A DNA stretch of 64,000 nucleotides from Candidatus Omnitrophota bacterium (GTDB lineage Bacteria; Omnitrophota; Gorgyraeia; Zapsychrales; Fredricksoniimonadaceae). Location of the stretch: the NCBI GenBank assembly GCA_903901225.1, contig CAIUQE010000010.1, forward strand, positions 17,911 through 81,910. Reading direction: 5' to 3'. Both the position numbers and the translations under genes were made by a program. This document shows, in pieces, positions 37,856-47,584 of this stretch; position 1 is the first letter of the stretch; the number at the start of each line of letters is the position of its first letter. Under the pieces are notes generated by a model, which was not told where the DNA came from, ran no database searches, and saw nothing but the letters and a program-made list of their open reading frames with translations.

Positions 37856-39310
37856 ATGGGTGAAGTCAAAGGTTTCCTGAAATACAAGCGTGAAGAATAC
37901 GTCAAACAGCTTCCGGCTGAGCGCGTGAAACACTGGGATGAGTTCGTGAATCTTCCCGTTGAAACGTCGCTGCGGGAACAGGGCGGCCGTTGCATGGATT
38001 GCGGCATTCCTTTTTGCCAGTGGGGTTGCCCGGTTGGCAATATCATCCCCTCATGGAATGACCTGGTTTACCGGGGGCAGTGGAAAGAGGCGCTGGAGCG
38101 CCTGCACAGGACCAATAATTTTCCGGAGTTCACGGGCCGCGTGTGCCCCGCGCCTTGCGAGAATTCGTGCACGCTTTCGATCAACAATCCCGCGGTCACG
38201 ATCAAGAATATTGAGCTCGCGGTCATCGAGCGCGCGTATGCCGACGGCCTCATCAAGGCCGAGCCGCCAAAGTCCCGTTCGGGGATGAAGGTCGCGGTGG
38301 TCGGTTCCGGCCCCGCCGGGCTGGCCTGCGCGGATCAGCTCAACAAAAAAGGGCACAAGGTCACGGTTTACGAGAAGAATGAATTCATCGGCGGTCTTTT
38401 GACATTGGGGATCCCGAATTATAAACTTGAAAAAGAGGTCGTGGCGCGGCGCGTGAAACGCATGGAGCAGGAGGGCGTGACCTTCAAAACGGGCGTTAAC
38501 GTCGGCGTGGATATTGAGCCGGCCGCGCTGAAAGCGCAGCATGACGCCGTGGTCCTGTGCGGCGGCGCTGAACAGCCGCGCGATATCGCGATCCCGGGGC
38601 GCGCGTTGCAGGGGATCCATTTCGCGATGGAATATTTGAGCCAGCAGACACGCAAGCTTTTGGGTGTAAAACCTGATGCGGCGCGTGAGATCAATGCCCG
38701 GGGCAAGCGCGTGGTGGTCCTCGGCGGCGGCGATACCGGTTCCGATTGCGTCGGTACCGCGAACCGCCAGGGTGCTTTATGGGTCAAGCAATTTGAGCTG
38801 ATGCCGCGGCCGGAAGCGGAACGCGCGAATGATAACCCGTGGCCGCAATGGGCGCTGGTTTACCGGACATCGACGGCGCATGAGGAAGGCTGTGAGAGGG
38901 ACTACGGCATAGCCACGCAAAGGTTCACGGGCCAGGATGGCCGCTTGCAGAAGCTTCATGCCGCGCGGCTTGACTGGTCGCAAAAAGACCCGGTGACGGG
39001 CCGCGCTCTCATGAAAGACGTCGCGGGATCGGAATTCGCGCTGGAGTGCGACCTTGTTTTTCTCGCGCTGGGGTTCCTGGGCCCCTTGAAGGCGGGGCTT
39101 GTCGAGAAATTCGGGGTTGAGCTCGACAGCCGCGGGAATGTGAAGTCTGACGGGAACAAGATGACCACCGTGCCGGGGGTCTTTACGGCGGGGGATATGA
39201 CGCGCGGGCAGTCGCTGGTCGTATGGGCGATCAATGAAGGCCGCGCGGCCGCAGAAGGGGTCCACCAGTACCTTTTGTCCGGACAAAAAAAGAAAGAGAG
39301 CCGTTCATGA
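37856..39310 (+). CDS. gltD: Glutamate synthase small subunit
   Basis: RCMDCGIPFC, NNFPEFTGRVCPAPCE, GSGPAGL, GGGDTGSDC, RGQSLVVWAI. Confidence 0.96.
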   Translation: MGEVKGFLKYKREEYVKQLPAERVKHWDEFVNLPVETSLREQGGRCMDCGIPFCQWGCPVGNIIPSWNDLVYRGQWKEALERLHRTNNFPEFTGRVCPAPCENSCTLSINNPAVTIKNIELAVIERAYADGLIKAEPPKSRSGMKVAVVGSGPAGLACADQLNKKGHKVTVYEKNEFIGGLLTLGIPNYKLEKEVVARRVKRMEQEGVTFKTGVNVGVDIEPAALKAQHDAVVLCGGAEQPRDIAIPGRALQGIHFAMEYLSQQTRKLLGVKPDAAREINARGKRVVVLGGGDTGSDCVGTANRQGALWVKQFELMPRPEAERANDNPWPQWALVYRTSTAHEEGCERDYGIATQRFTGQDGRLQKLHAARLDWSQKDPVTGRALMKDVAGSEFALECDLVFLALGFLGPLKAGLVEKFGVELDSRGNVKSDGNKMTTVPGVFTAGDMTRGQSLVVWAINEGRAAAEGVHQYLLSGQKKKESRS

Positions 39311-39852
39311 GAAAATTATCAGGCATCGGCATGGCCGTGGTCCTTGGCGCGTTCGCGCTGACGGGGTTTTTCGGTTGTTCGCGTAACAGTGAACCCAATG
39401 CTTCCGTCGCTTCTGAAGCGCGGCAGTTGCTGGTTGACGGGACCGTTTTTCTCAAGCAGGGTGATGTGGTCAAGGCTGTCCAGAGTTTCGCGTCGGCGAT
39501 CAAGACCTCTCCGGATTATTTTGAAGCTTATTTCATGCTGGGGGAAACGTTCATCCACCTGAAGCAGTTTGAGCAGGCCCAGTCGGTACTCAGCGCGGCC
39601 GCGAACCGCTTTCCGGGGAATCCTGACGCGCATTACCTCCTGGCCATTGCCTTCGAAGGCGACGGAAAACTGATGCCGGCGATCGTTTCCGTGCGCAAGA
39701 GCATTGATCTGTATCAGGCGACAAAGGATGAGGCCGGCGAGAAGCGCGCCACGGTCCTCCTGGGTGTGCTGGTCCAGCTGGCCAAGCAGCAGTCCGAGGC
39801 GAAGATGGTTGATAACGCGGCGCAGGACGCGGCCAAGGCATCCGGGCATTAA
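39307..39852 (+). CDS. TPR-containing lipoprotein
   Basis: Signal ending FFGC; TPR-like helices (AYFMLGETF, AHYLLAIAF). Confidence 0.7.
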   Translation: MRKLSGIGMAVVLGAFALTGFFGCSRNSEPNASVASEARQLLVDGTVFLKQGDVVKAVQSFASAIKTSPDYFEAYFMLGETFIHLKQFEQAQSVLSAAANRFPGNPDAHYLLAIAFEGDGKLMPAIVSVRKSIDLYQATKDEAGEKRATVLLGVLVQLAKQQSEAKMVDNAAQDAAKASGH

Positions 39853-39868
39853 TAGGCCGGGCGTTATC

Positions 39869-41335
39869 ATGCCCCTGGCGCTGATCCTTTGTTCTGCCGG
39901 GCTTTATTGTCTTTCATTCCCTGATCTTATATCAATTCAAGGCGCACCCTTTTTCGCAGCGGGGTGCGCCTTGCCTTTTTTTGCGGCCCTCGAGGGGCGG
40001 CCGGCGGGCGCGCGGTTCCTGTTGGGTGCCGTGTGGGGGCTCTTGGCGAACGGGCTTCTGGTGGCATGGCTTCTTCCCGTCAGTCACGGCGGGTGGTTCA
40101 TCTTTACATTCGCGCTGGCCTCGCAGGGATGTGTTTTCGCGCTTCTGTTCCCGGAAAAAATATCGCGGCGCGCGCTGGTGCTGATCCCCTGCGCGTGGGT
40201 TGTTTCGGAATTTATCCGCGCGCTTGTTTTGGGAGGCTTTACCTGGAGTATCGGCTACGCCCTGGCGCCCGTGCCGGCGCTCATACAGCCCGCGGCTTTT
40301 GGCGGGGTTTATGCCGTGGCGGCCATGATCCTCGGCGTGAACACGGGTATTTATTTATGGCGGCGGGGGGTGTTGAAAGGGCGAGGCCTGCTGATCTTTG
40401 TTCTGGTGGTGCTGGCCGTGCCGGCCTCCAGCATCTGGAACGTGGTGTTCGCCGGACGTCAGGTGCCCGCGGGTTTGCGGGTTGCCGCGGTGCAGGCCAA
40501 TATTTCGCGTGAGCGGAAGTCGCGCGATGAACTTTATGACATTAACGGAAGCCGGCATGTCGCGCTCACGGAACAGGGCGTCCGTGCCGGGAAGCTCGGC
40601 GCGGGCGACCTTGTGGTGTGGCCCGAGACGGCTTTTGTGGACGATATCCTGACCGATGCGCGCTGGCGGGATCGCCTTGAAGCGCTGGCGCGTGACCTTC
40701 GCGTCAATATGCTGGTGGGATCCGCTCTTTTGTCCGACGGGCATGATCGCAACAGCGCTTTGTTGCTGGGGTTTGACGGTCGCTGGAAGGCAACGTATGA
40801 CAAGCGGCGTCTGGTCCCGTTCACGGAATTCACGCCGGCAGGATTGGAACGTTTTGCCGCGATGATGGGTATTGGCAAGTATCATTTTACCGCGGGACAT
40901 CTGCCGGGGACCATGGTGCTGCCTGGTGGGAGGGATCTTGGCGTGGCTCTTTGTTCCGAAGAGTTTTATCCGGACATGTTCCGGCCGGCGGCCGGGGTCT
41001 CGGTCGTGATGCTCAATGACGGATGGTTCACCCGGCCGCAGGCGTTGTGGTTGCACGCGCTGGCCGCGCCATTGCGCGCGGTCGAGTCGGGAGCCCCTCT
41101 GGTACGGGTGGCCAATACCGGCGTTACCGCGGCGTTCGACGCCTACGGGCGGCGTATCGGTGTGACGCTGAGGACGGAGCGGCCCGGGGTCGCGGTCTAT
41201 GATATTCCTCAGGCGGCGCCGCCGACATGGTATGCAAAATGGGGCGATGTTTTTGCGCTGATGTGCGGGCTCTTTGTTATAATGGAACGGATTTTGAGCT
41301 TGGCGCAACGAGCAAGGACCAGGATCTCCGCGTGA
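39869..41335 (+). CDS. lnt: Apolipoprotein N-acyltransferase
   Basis: N-terminal TM helices; VQANI, VWPETA, YDKRRLVPFTEF, LCSEE, NDGWF, RAVE, RVANTG. Confidence 0.88.
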   Translation: MPLALILCSAGLYCLSFPDLISIQGAPFFAAGCALPFFAALEGRPAGARFLLGAVWGLLANGLLVAWLLPVSHGGWFIFTFALASQGCVFALLFPEKISRRALVLIPCAWVVSEFIRALVLGGFTWSIGYALAPVPALIQPAAFGGVYAVAAMILGVNTGIYLWRRGVLKGRGLLIFVLVVLAVPASSIWNVVFAGRQVPAGLRVAAVQANISRERKSRDELYDINGSRHVALTEQGVRAGKLGAGDLVVWPETAFVDDILTDARWRDRLEALARDLRVNMLVGSALLSDGHDRNSALLLGFDGRWKATYDKRRLVPFTEFTPAGLERFAAMMGIGKYHFTAGHLPGTMVLPGGRDLGVALCSEEFYPDMFRPAAGVSVVMLNDGWFTRPQALWLHALAAPLRAVESGAPLVRVANTGVTAAFDAYGRRIGVTLRTERPGVAVYDIPQAAPPTWYAKWGDVFALMCGLFVIMERILSLAQRARTRISA

Positions 41336-42393
41336 TGGGTAAACATTCCGTTCTTTTTTGCCTGTTGTTGACGGCCTGTCTTCTGGCATCAGATGCCCGG
41401 GCCGCGGCCGTGGCTCAGCGCCGGCAGCAGATGATGCAGCAAGCCGCGGCGCAGCAGCAGGCCCAGGTCCAGGCGGCGTACCAGCAGGCTGTGGCGCAAA
41501 AGCAGGCGCAGGAAGTGGCTGCGTATCAGCAGGCGCTCGCGCAGCGGCAGGCTCAGGTCCAGCAGCAGGCGGCATATCAAAAGGCGGCGGTGGAATACGC
41601 GGCGTACAAGCAGGCCATGCAGCAGGCGGTGGCCCAGCGGCAGGCTCAGGTCGAGGCCAGACAGGTCCAGGCGGCCACGCAGCAGGTAGCCCAGGTCGTG
41701 GCGTACCAGCGGGCCACGGCGACGCGCAGTGCTGTTGAGCAGAAGACCCAGGCGGATGTTAACGGCCAGATCCAGGAATATGCCCAGTACCTTGCGGCCC
41801 GGCGGGCGGCTCTTGTCCGGCAGGGAGTTGTTGAGGAAGCGGCGGGTGCCGAGCAGCGGCTTTTGCAGAACGCCGCGATCCAGAAATACAAGACCCGGCA
41901 GGCGCGTGTCGCGGTTGAATCGAAGATCGCCGTGGAAGCGGCTTCACGGGCGATGATGGGCAAGAAGCTTGCGTCCGATGTCATGGTCTCAAAAGCCGCC
42001 GCGGGCAGCCAGAGCACGGAGCCGTCTGCAGTTCCCGGCCAGGAGACGGTGGTGGATATCCATGACTTGTGGGCGTCGCTGGATGGTGCCAGCACGGCCT
42101 GGGGGCAGATCATTGACCGGGAGATCAAGCTGTTGACCGTGGCTGAGTACATCGACCGGTTCCGCAAGATGCGCATCACGATCAGAAAATCGCCTGGCCA
42201 TTACGTCGGGCTTATCGATTCTTTGGCGGGGCAGATGGACGGCTTCCTGTCGGCGCCGTTCCTTAATGTGTTGAGTTACGCCGCGATCATGGAATATGAT
42301 TTTGACAATGGCACGAACAAGGATGAACTGGCCCGGAAAACTTTGGGGCCGGAACAATTCGAGATCAACCGCCGGCGCCTGACAGGGCGTTGA
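41335..42393 (+). CDS. Secreted Gln/Ala-rich coiled-coil protein with C-terminal globular domain
   Basis: TGATG coupling to lnt; signal-like N-terminus; repeats of AYQQAxAQ(K/R)QAQ. Confidence 0.65.
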   Translation: MGKHSVLFCLLLTACLLASDARAAAVAQRRQQMMQQAAAQQQAQVQAAYQQAVAQKQAQEVAAYQQALAQRQAQVQQQAAYQKAAVEYAAYKQAMQQAVAQRQAQVEARQVQAATQQVAQVVAYQRATATRSAVEQKTQADVNGQIQEYAQYLAARRAALVRQGVVEEAAGAEQRLLQNAAIQKYKTRQARVAVESKIAVEAASRAMMGKKLASDVMVSKAAAGSQSTEPSAVPGQETVVDIHDLWASLDGASTAWGQIIDREIKLLTVAEYIDRFRKMRITIRKSPGHYVGLIDSLAGQMDGFLSAPFLNVLSYAAIMEYDFDNGTNKDELARKTLGPEQFEINRRRLTGR

Positions 42394-42412
42394 CGCCGGG
42401 AAAGGCCGCACA

Positions 42413-43504
42413 ATGGTATCAAGTGATGGCAATAAGACCCTGAATGTGGTCCTGGTCGGCTGCGGCCGTATCGCGGCCAAACACGCGGAGCTCCTGGGTG
42501 GCGGCCGTATCGCGGGCGCGCGCCTTGAGGCTGTGTGTGACACGCTCTTGCCACGGGCCCGGATCATGGGGGATCAATACGGCGTCAGTGCCTATGACGA
42601 TATGCACCGGATGCTGAAAGCGCATCCGCGGGTGGACATTATCTCCATTTTGACACCCAGCGGCGATCATGCCCGGCATCTTCTGGAGCTTGTCGGTTAC
42701 GGCAAGCACATGGTCATTGAAAAACCCATGGCGCTGACCCTGGGTGACGCCGACGCGATGATCGAGGCGTGCGCGCGCCACCGCGTGAAACTTTTCGTGG
42801 TCAAGCAGAACCGTTTCAACCTTCCTGTTCAGCGCCTGAAAGAAGCGGTTGACCAGGGGCGCTTCGGCAAGCTGGTGATGGGGACGGTCCGGGTGCGCTG
42901 GTGCCGGAGGCAGGATTATTACGACCAGGCCGCGTGGCGCGGCACCTGGGCGCAGGACGGGGGAGTTTTTACGAATCAGGCGAGCCATCACATCGACCTC
43001 CTCGAGTGGCTGATGGGGGATGTGGCATCGGTTTTTGCCAGGGGAACGACCGCGCTGGCGCGTATCGAGACCGAAGACACGGGCGCCGCGGTCATCAAGT
43101 TTTGCAACGGCGCGCTGGGGATCATCGAAGCCACGACGGCGACCCGCCCGAAGGACCTTGAGGGGTCGATCTCGATCCTGGGGGAGCGCGGCAGCGTGGT
43201 CATCGAGGGCTTCGCGGTCAACCGGTTGCGGACCTGGCAGTTTGAGGACCAGGGGCCGCTGGATGAGGCCATCCTCCGCACGAGTTCCGAGAATCCGCCC
43301 GATGTTTACGGCTTCGGGCACAAGGCCCAGTATGACCACATCGTTGACTGCATCGCGCATGACAGGAAGGCGCTTGTTGACGGGGTTGAGGGCCGCAAAA
43401 GCCTCGAGGTCATCGCGGCGCTGTACGGGTCGATCGAGACCGGCCGCGAGATATTTTTGAAGGACAAACCCGAGAAATGCCGCCTGGGGAGATATGATCG
43501 CTGA
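42413..43504 (+). CDS. Gfo/Idh/MocA oxidoreductase, WlbA/WbpB-like nucleotide-sugar 3-dehydrogenase
   Basis: GCGRIA, EKPMA, VKQNRFN, WRGTWAQDGGVFTNQASHHID, VYGFGH. Confidence 0.85.
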   Translation: MVSSDGNKTLNVVLVGCGRIAAKHAELLGGGRIAGARLEAVCDTLLPRARIMGDQYGVSAYDDMHRMLKAHPRVDIISILTPSGDHARHLLELVGYGKHMVIEKPMALTLGDADAMIEACARHRVKLFVVKQNRFNLPVQRLKEAVDQGRFGKLVMGTVRVRWCRRQDYYDQAAWRGTWAQDGGVFTNQASHHIDLLEWLMGDVASVFARGTTALARIETEDTGAAVIKFCNGALGIIEATTATRPKDLEGSISILGERGSVVIEGFAVNRLRTWQFEDQGPLDEAILRTSSENPPDVYGFGHKAQYDHIVDCIAHDRKALVDGVEGRKSLEVIAALYGSIETGREIFLKDKPEKCRLGRYDR

Positions 43505-44084
43505 AACCGCCAAGATCTATCCGAATGTCCGCCTCGGCCGGAATGCCGTGATCGAGGATTACTGCATCATCGGCCGTCCCGCCGGGGATGACCCGCGCCC
43601 GACGGTCATCGGCGATGACGCGCATATCCGTTCGCATACCGTGATCTACGCCGGCAACAGGATCGGGGTGTCTTTTCACACGGGGCATCACGCGAATATC
43701 CGGGAAGATAACGTCATCGGCGACCGCGTTTCGGTCGGAACATCGAGCGTCGTCGAGCACCACGTCACCATCGAGGATGACGTCAGGATACATTCCCAGG
43801 CGTTCATCCCTGAATACAGCACGCTGAAGAACGGTTGCTGGATAGGCCCGCACGCGGTCCTGACCAATGTCAGGTTCCCCTGTTCCAAGGACGCGAAAAA
43901 AACGCTGCAGGGGCCCGTCATCGGCCCTCGGGCCAAGGTCGGCGCCAACGCGACGATCCTGCCGGGCGTCGTGGTGGGGGAGAACGCGCTCATCGGGGCA
44001 GGGGCTGTCGTGACCCGCGATGTCCTGCCCGGCGCCGTTTGCACAGGTTCCCCCGCGAGGAAACGCCGCGAGATCCATTACTGA
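43494..44084 (+). CDS. Hexapeptide-repeat sugar N-acetyltransferase (WbpD/WlbB-like)
   Basis: Hexapeptide repeats, IGPHAVLTN, GANATILPG, GAGAVVTRDV, GSPA. Confidence 0.85.
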   Translation: MIAETAKIYPNVRLGRNAVIEDYCIIGRPAGDDPRPTVIGDDAHIRSHTVIYAGNRIGVSFHTGHHANIREDNVIGDRVSVGTSSVVEHHVTIEDDVRIHSQAFIPEYSTLKNGCWIGPHAVLTNVRFPCSKDAKKTLQGPVIGPRAKVGANATILPGVVVGENALIGAGAVVTRDVLPGAVCTGSPARKRREIHY

Positions 44085-44096
44085 TCCGGAGAGGCC

Positions 44097-45053
44097 ATGT
44101 ACAGGAACCAGAAAATAGCCCTTGTCATCCCGGCGTACAATGAGCAGAAGCTCATCCGTTCGACGCTTGAGAATATCCCCGCCCTTATCGACGTTGTTTA
44201 CGTTGTCGATGATAAAAGTCCCGACGGGCAGAACGCGGTGATCCTGGATTGCGCGGCGCGCGATGCCCGTATCCAGCTTATCCGCCATGAAGCCAACCAG
44301 GGCCCCGGCGGGGCCATCATCACGGGCTACTTGCGCGCGAGCCGTGAGGACGCCGCCATCGCGGTCGTTGTCGGGGCGGATTTCCAGATGCCGCTCGATG
44401 AGGTCACGCGTTTCCTTGACCCGATCATTGACGGCCAAGTGGATTACACCAAGGGCAACCGTTTCATGTTGAGCAAGCTCGCGCACACGCTTGAGACAAT
44501 GCCGCGGATACGGCTGGTCGGCAACTGGCTTATCACCGCGCTCACCAAGATCGCGTCGGGATATTACAAGATCATGGATGTCGTCGACGGGTATACGGCC
44601 ATCAGCCGGCGCGCGATCGACAGCATTGACTGGTCGAAGGCCTGGACGCGCTATGGTTATCCCATGGATTTTTTGATACGCCTCAACGCGCACGCCTTCA
44701 AGGTCAGGGATATCCCGCGCACGGCGATCTACCTCAAGGGGGAGCGCCAGTCCCAGATCAAGGGCCTGGACTACGCGCTGAAGGTCGCGCCCATGCTTGT
44801 GCGTGGGTTTTTCTGGCGGCTCAAGTTCAAGTACCTGTTCCTCGATTTTCACCCGCTGGTGTTCTTTTATTATCTTGCGTTCATCCTTTTGCCCTCCGGC
44901 CTCCTTTACGGGTGCTATCTCGTCGTGGACCGTGTCTTTTTCGGCGGCTACGGCGTCACGGCGTCGCGTGCCGTCCTGGACGCGCTCATGCTCATCAGCG
45001 GGTCGCAGTTCTTCCTGTTCGCCATGTTCTTTGACATGGAAGAAGGGAAATAG
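44097..45053 (+). CDS. GT2 glycosyltransferase with C-terminal TM helices
   Basis: IPAYNE, VDDKSPD, GADFQM, KGNRF; two C-terminal hydrophobic segments. Confidence 0.88.
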   Translation: MYRNQKIALVIPAYNEQKLIRSTLENIPALIDVVYVVDDKSPDGQNAVILDCAARDARIQLIRHEANQGPGGAIITGYLRASREDAAIAVVVGADFQMPLDEVTRFLDPIIDGQVDYTKGNRFMLSKLAHTLETMPRIRLVGNWLITALTKIASGYYKIMDVVDGYTAISRRAIDSIDWSKAWTRYGYPMDFLIRLNAHAFKVRDIPRTAIYLKGERQSQIKGLDYALKVAPMLVRGFFWRLKFKYLFLDFHPLVFFYYLAFILLPSGLLYGCYLVVDRVFFGGYGVTASRAVLDALMLISGSQFFLFAMFFDMEEGK

Positions 45054-45054
45054 C

Positions 45055-46182
45055 GTGACGGTCCGCGCGTGCGCCCGCTGCCTGCTGGACACGACCCTTG
45101 CCTCCATCCATTTTGATGCCGCGGGGGTTTGCAACTATTGCCATAGCCATGACCGCCTGGCCGGATATTACCGGCGTGAACGTTTTAGGCCCGGGGCGCT
45201 GGAGCGGGTCGCGGCAACCATGCGACGCGCCGGGGAAGGCAGGGAATACGACTGCATCGTCGGCGTGAGCGGCGGGGTGGACAGTTCTTTTGTCCTTCTC
45301 ACCGTGAAGGACATGGGCTTGCGCCCGCTGGCGGTCCATTTTGACAACGGCTGGGACACGGATGAGGCGGTTACGAACATCAGGAGGATCACGGACGGGC
45401 TGAAGGTCGACCTGCACACGTTCGTGGTGGACTGGCAGGAATTCAGGAGCCTTCAGGTCGCGTTCCTGAAAGCCTCGGTCCCCTGTGTGGAAACGCCGAC
45501 CGATGTCGGCATCCATGGCGCGTTGATGCGGGTCGCGGCGCGCGAAAAGATACGTTTTATCATCGGCGGGCAGTCGTTCGCCACGGAAGGGACCGTTCCC
45601 CGTGAATGGGGCTATCTCGACGGGATATACATTGATTCGGTCAACAGGGCTTCGGGTACGGCGGCCTTGCGCTCGTTCCCGAATGTGACCCTGTCACGGA
45701 TCCTCCATGACACGCTTCTCAACGGTATCAGGCAGGTCCCGCTGCTCAATTACCTGGATTATGACAAGGTCAAGGCGCGTGAGGTGTTGACGCGGCGGTT
45801 CGACTGGCAGCCTTATGGGGCGAACCACTATGAGAATGTTTATTCCAGGTTCGCGTCCGGATGGTTGTTGCCGCGCAAGTTCCATATCGATAAGAGGAAG
45901 GTCTACCTTTCGGGGCCGGTGCGTTCAGGGTTGGTCGCGCGTGAAGAGGCCCGGCGGGTCCTGGCAGCGCCACCTGATGTCAGCGACGAGTTGGCGTCCT
46001 ATTGCGTCAGGAAGCTTGAATTGACGCCGGTTGAGTTCGACCGGATCATGGCGCTGCCCGTGAAGAGTTACCGGGATTACCGCACGAGCGACGCGTACCT
46101 GCGTCCGTTCAAGGGGATCGTCGGGGCGGCGGTCGGCCTGGGATTGTTCACGCCTGTCCTTTATGAAAAATATTGCCGCTGA
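45055..46182 (+). CDS. N-acetyl sugar amidotransferase (WbuX/PseA/WbpG-like)
   Basis: GTG start; CARC..GVCNYC, YDCIVGVSGGVDSS PP-loop, HFDNGW. Confidence 0.88.
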   Translation: MTVRACARCLLDTTLASIHFDAAGVCNYCHSHDRLAGYYRRERFRPGALERVAATMRRAGEGREYDCIVGVSGGVDSSFVLLTVKDMGLRPLAVHFDNGWDTDEAVTNIRRITDGLKVDLHTFVVDWQEFRSLQVAFLKASVPCVETPTDVGIHGALMRVAAREKIRFIIGGQSFATEGTVPREWGYLDGIYIDSVNRASGTAALRSFPNVTLSRILHDTLLNGIRQVPLLNYLDYDKVKAREVLTRRFDWQPYGANHYENVYSRFASGWLLPRKFHIDKRKVYLSGPVRSGLVAREEARRVLAAPPDVSDELASYCVRKLELTPVEFDRIMALPVKSYRDYRTSDAYLRPFKGIVGAAVGLGLFTPVLYEKYCR

Positions 46183-46191
46183 AAGAAAGCG

Positions 46192-46818
46192 ATGGCGATG
46201 ATCGTTATTGTTGATTACGGGATGGGAAATCTGGAGTCGCTGCGCAGCAAGCTTGAACGACTGAAGCATGAGGCGCGCGTCACCGCGGACAAAGACCTGA
46301 TCCTGGCGGCCGGCAAAATCATCCTTCCCGGTGTCGGGCATTTCACCGCGGGCATGGCCAATATCCGCGCGCGCGGGCTTGTGGATGTGCTGGACCGCAA
46401 GGTCTTGCAGGAGAAGACACCGGTCCTCGGTATTTGTCTGGGGATGCAGTTACTGACGGGATACAGTGAAGAAGGTCATGTTGATGGCCTTGGCTGGGTC
46501 GCGGCGCGGACCGTGCGGTTAGATCTTCCCGCGGACACGCCGGAACGCTTCAGGGTCCCCCATATGGGATGGAACAAGGTGATCCCGCGCAAGGAGAGCC
46601 TTTTGTTCAGGGACATCCCCCCGGGCGAAAGGTTTTATTTCGCGCATTCCTATCATGTGGTGTGTCGAAACCCAGAGGATATCGCTGCGGGCACCCCCTA
46701 CGGGCCGGAATTTGTTGCCGCCTTTGAAAAAGGCAATATTTACGGGGTCCAGTTCCATCCTGAAAAAAGCCATGCTTCCGGGCTCAAACTCCTTGATAAC
46801 TTTTTGAGGTATGCCTGA
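46192..46818 (+). CDS. HisH-like glutaminase of sugar amidination (WbuY-like)
   Basis: DYGMGN, LPGVG, GICLGMQ, PHMGWN, QFHPEKS; sugar-cluster context. Confidence 0.85.
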   Translation: MAMIVIVDYGMGNLESLRSKLERLKHEARVTADKDLILAAGKIILPGVGHFTAGMANIRARGLVDVLDRKVLQEKTPVLGICLGMQLLTGYSEEGHVDGLGWVAARTVRLDLPADTPERFRVPHMGWNKVIPRKESLLFRDIPPGERFYFAHSYHVVCRNPEDIAAGTPYGPEFVAAFEKGNIYGVQFHPEKSHASGLKLLDNFLRYA

Positions 46819-47584
46819 GATGCTGCTGCCGAGGGTCATGCCGTGCCTGTTGCTTTCCGGAAAGGGCCTGGTCAAGGGGGTCCGGTTCAGTGACCATGTC
46901 TATATTGGCGATCCGGTGAACGCGGTACGGATCTTCAGCGCCCGTAAAGCCGATGAAGTCCTTTTGCTGGATATTGCGGCGACACGCGAGGGTCGCATTC
47001 CCGACGCCGCGTTCGTGCAGATGATCGCCAATGAATCCCTGATGCCTTTCACTGTGGGGGGCGGCCTGAAAAGCGAGGCGGATGTCCGTGCCATGCTCAA
47101 TGCCGGAGCGGAGAAAGTTTGTATCGGCACGGCCGCGGTCGAAGTCCCGCACGTCATCGAACGGTGCGCGCGGACCTTTGGCAGCCAGTGCGTGATGGTG
47201 TCCATTGACGTGCGCAGGGATGCGCGAGGTGCCATGGAAGTTTTTACGCATGCCGGGTCCAGGGGCACTGGGATCGACCCGTTCGCGCATGCCGTGGCAA
47301 TGGAGCGGCTTGGCGCGGGTGAGCTTCTGGTCAACAGCATTGACCGCGACGGGACTATGCAGGGGTATGATCTGGATCTGGTGCGCGGGATCGCCGCGCG
47401 TGTCCGCATTCCCGTCATTGCCTGCGGTGGGGCGGGGACGCCGGGGCATCTGAAGGAAGTTATCCGTGAAGCAGGTGTCGCCGCGGCGGCGGGCAGTCTT
47501 TTTGTGCTTCACGGGCGTCGGCGCGGGGTCCTGATCAGTTATCCGTCCGGGGCTGAGCTCGACGACATACGGGGTGCGTCATGA
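46811..47584 (+). CDS. HisF-like subunit of sugar amidination (WbuZ/HisF2-like)
   Basis: PRVMPCLL, IGDPVNAVRIF, GGG, SIDRDGTMQGYD, AAAGSLFV, VLISYP. Confidence 0.85.
   Translation: MPEMLLPRVMPCLLLSGKGLVKGVRFSDHVYIGDPVNAVRIFSARKADEVLLLDIAATREGRIPDAAFVQMIANESLMPFTVGGGLKSEADVRAMLNAGAEKVCIGTAAVEVPHVIERCARTFGSQCVMVSIDVRRDARGAMEVFTHAGSRGTGIDPFAHAVAMERLGAGELLVNSIDRDGTMQGYDLDLVRGIAARVRIPVIACGGAGTPGHLKEVIREAGVAAAAGSLFVLHGRRRGVLISYPSGAELDDIRGAS

Noticed and set aside
46192-47584. hisH/hisF as histidine biosynthesis genes
   Set aside because: Directly follow a WbuX-like amidotransferase in a sugar cluster, HisF2-type motifs, and no other his genes nearby
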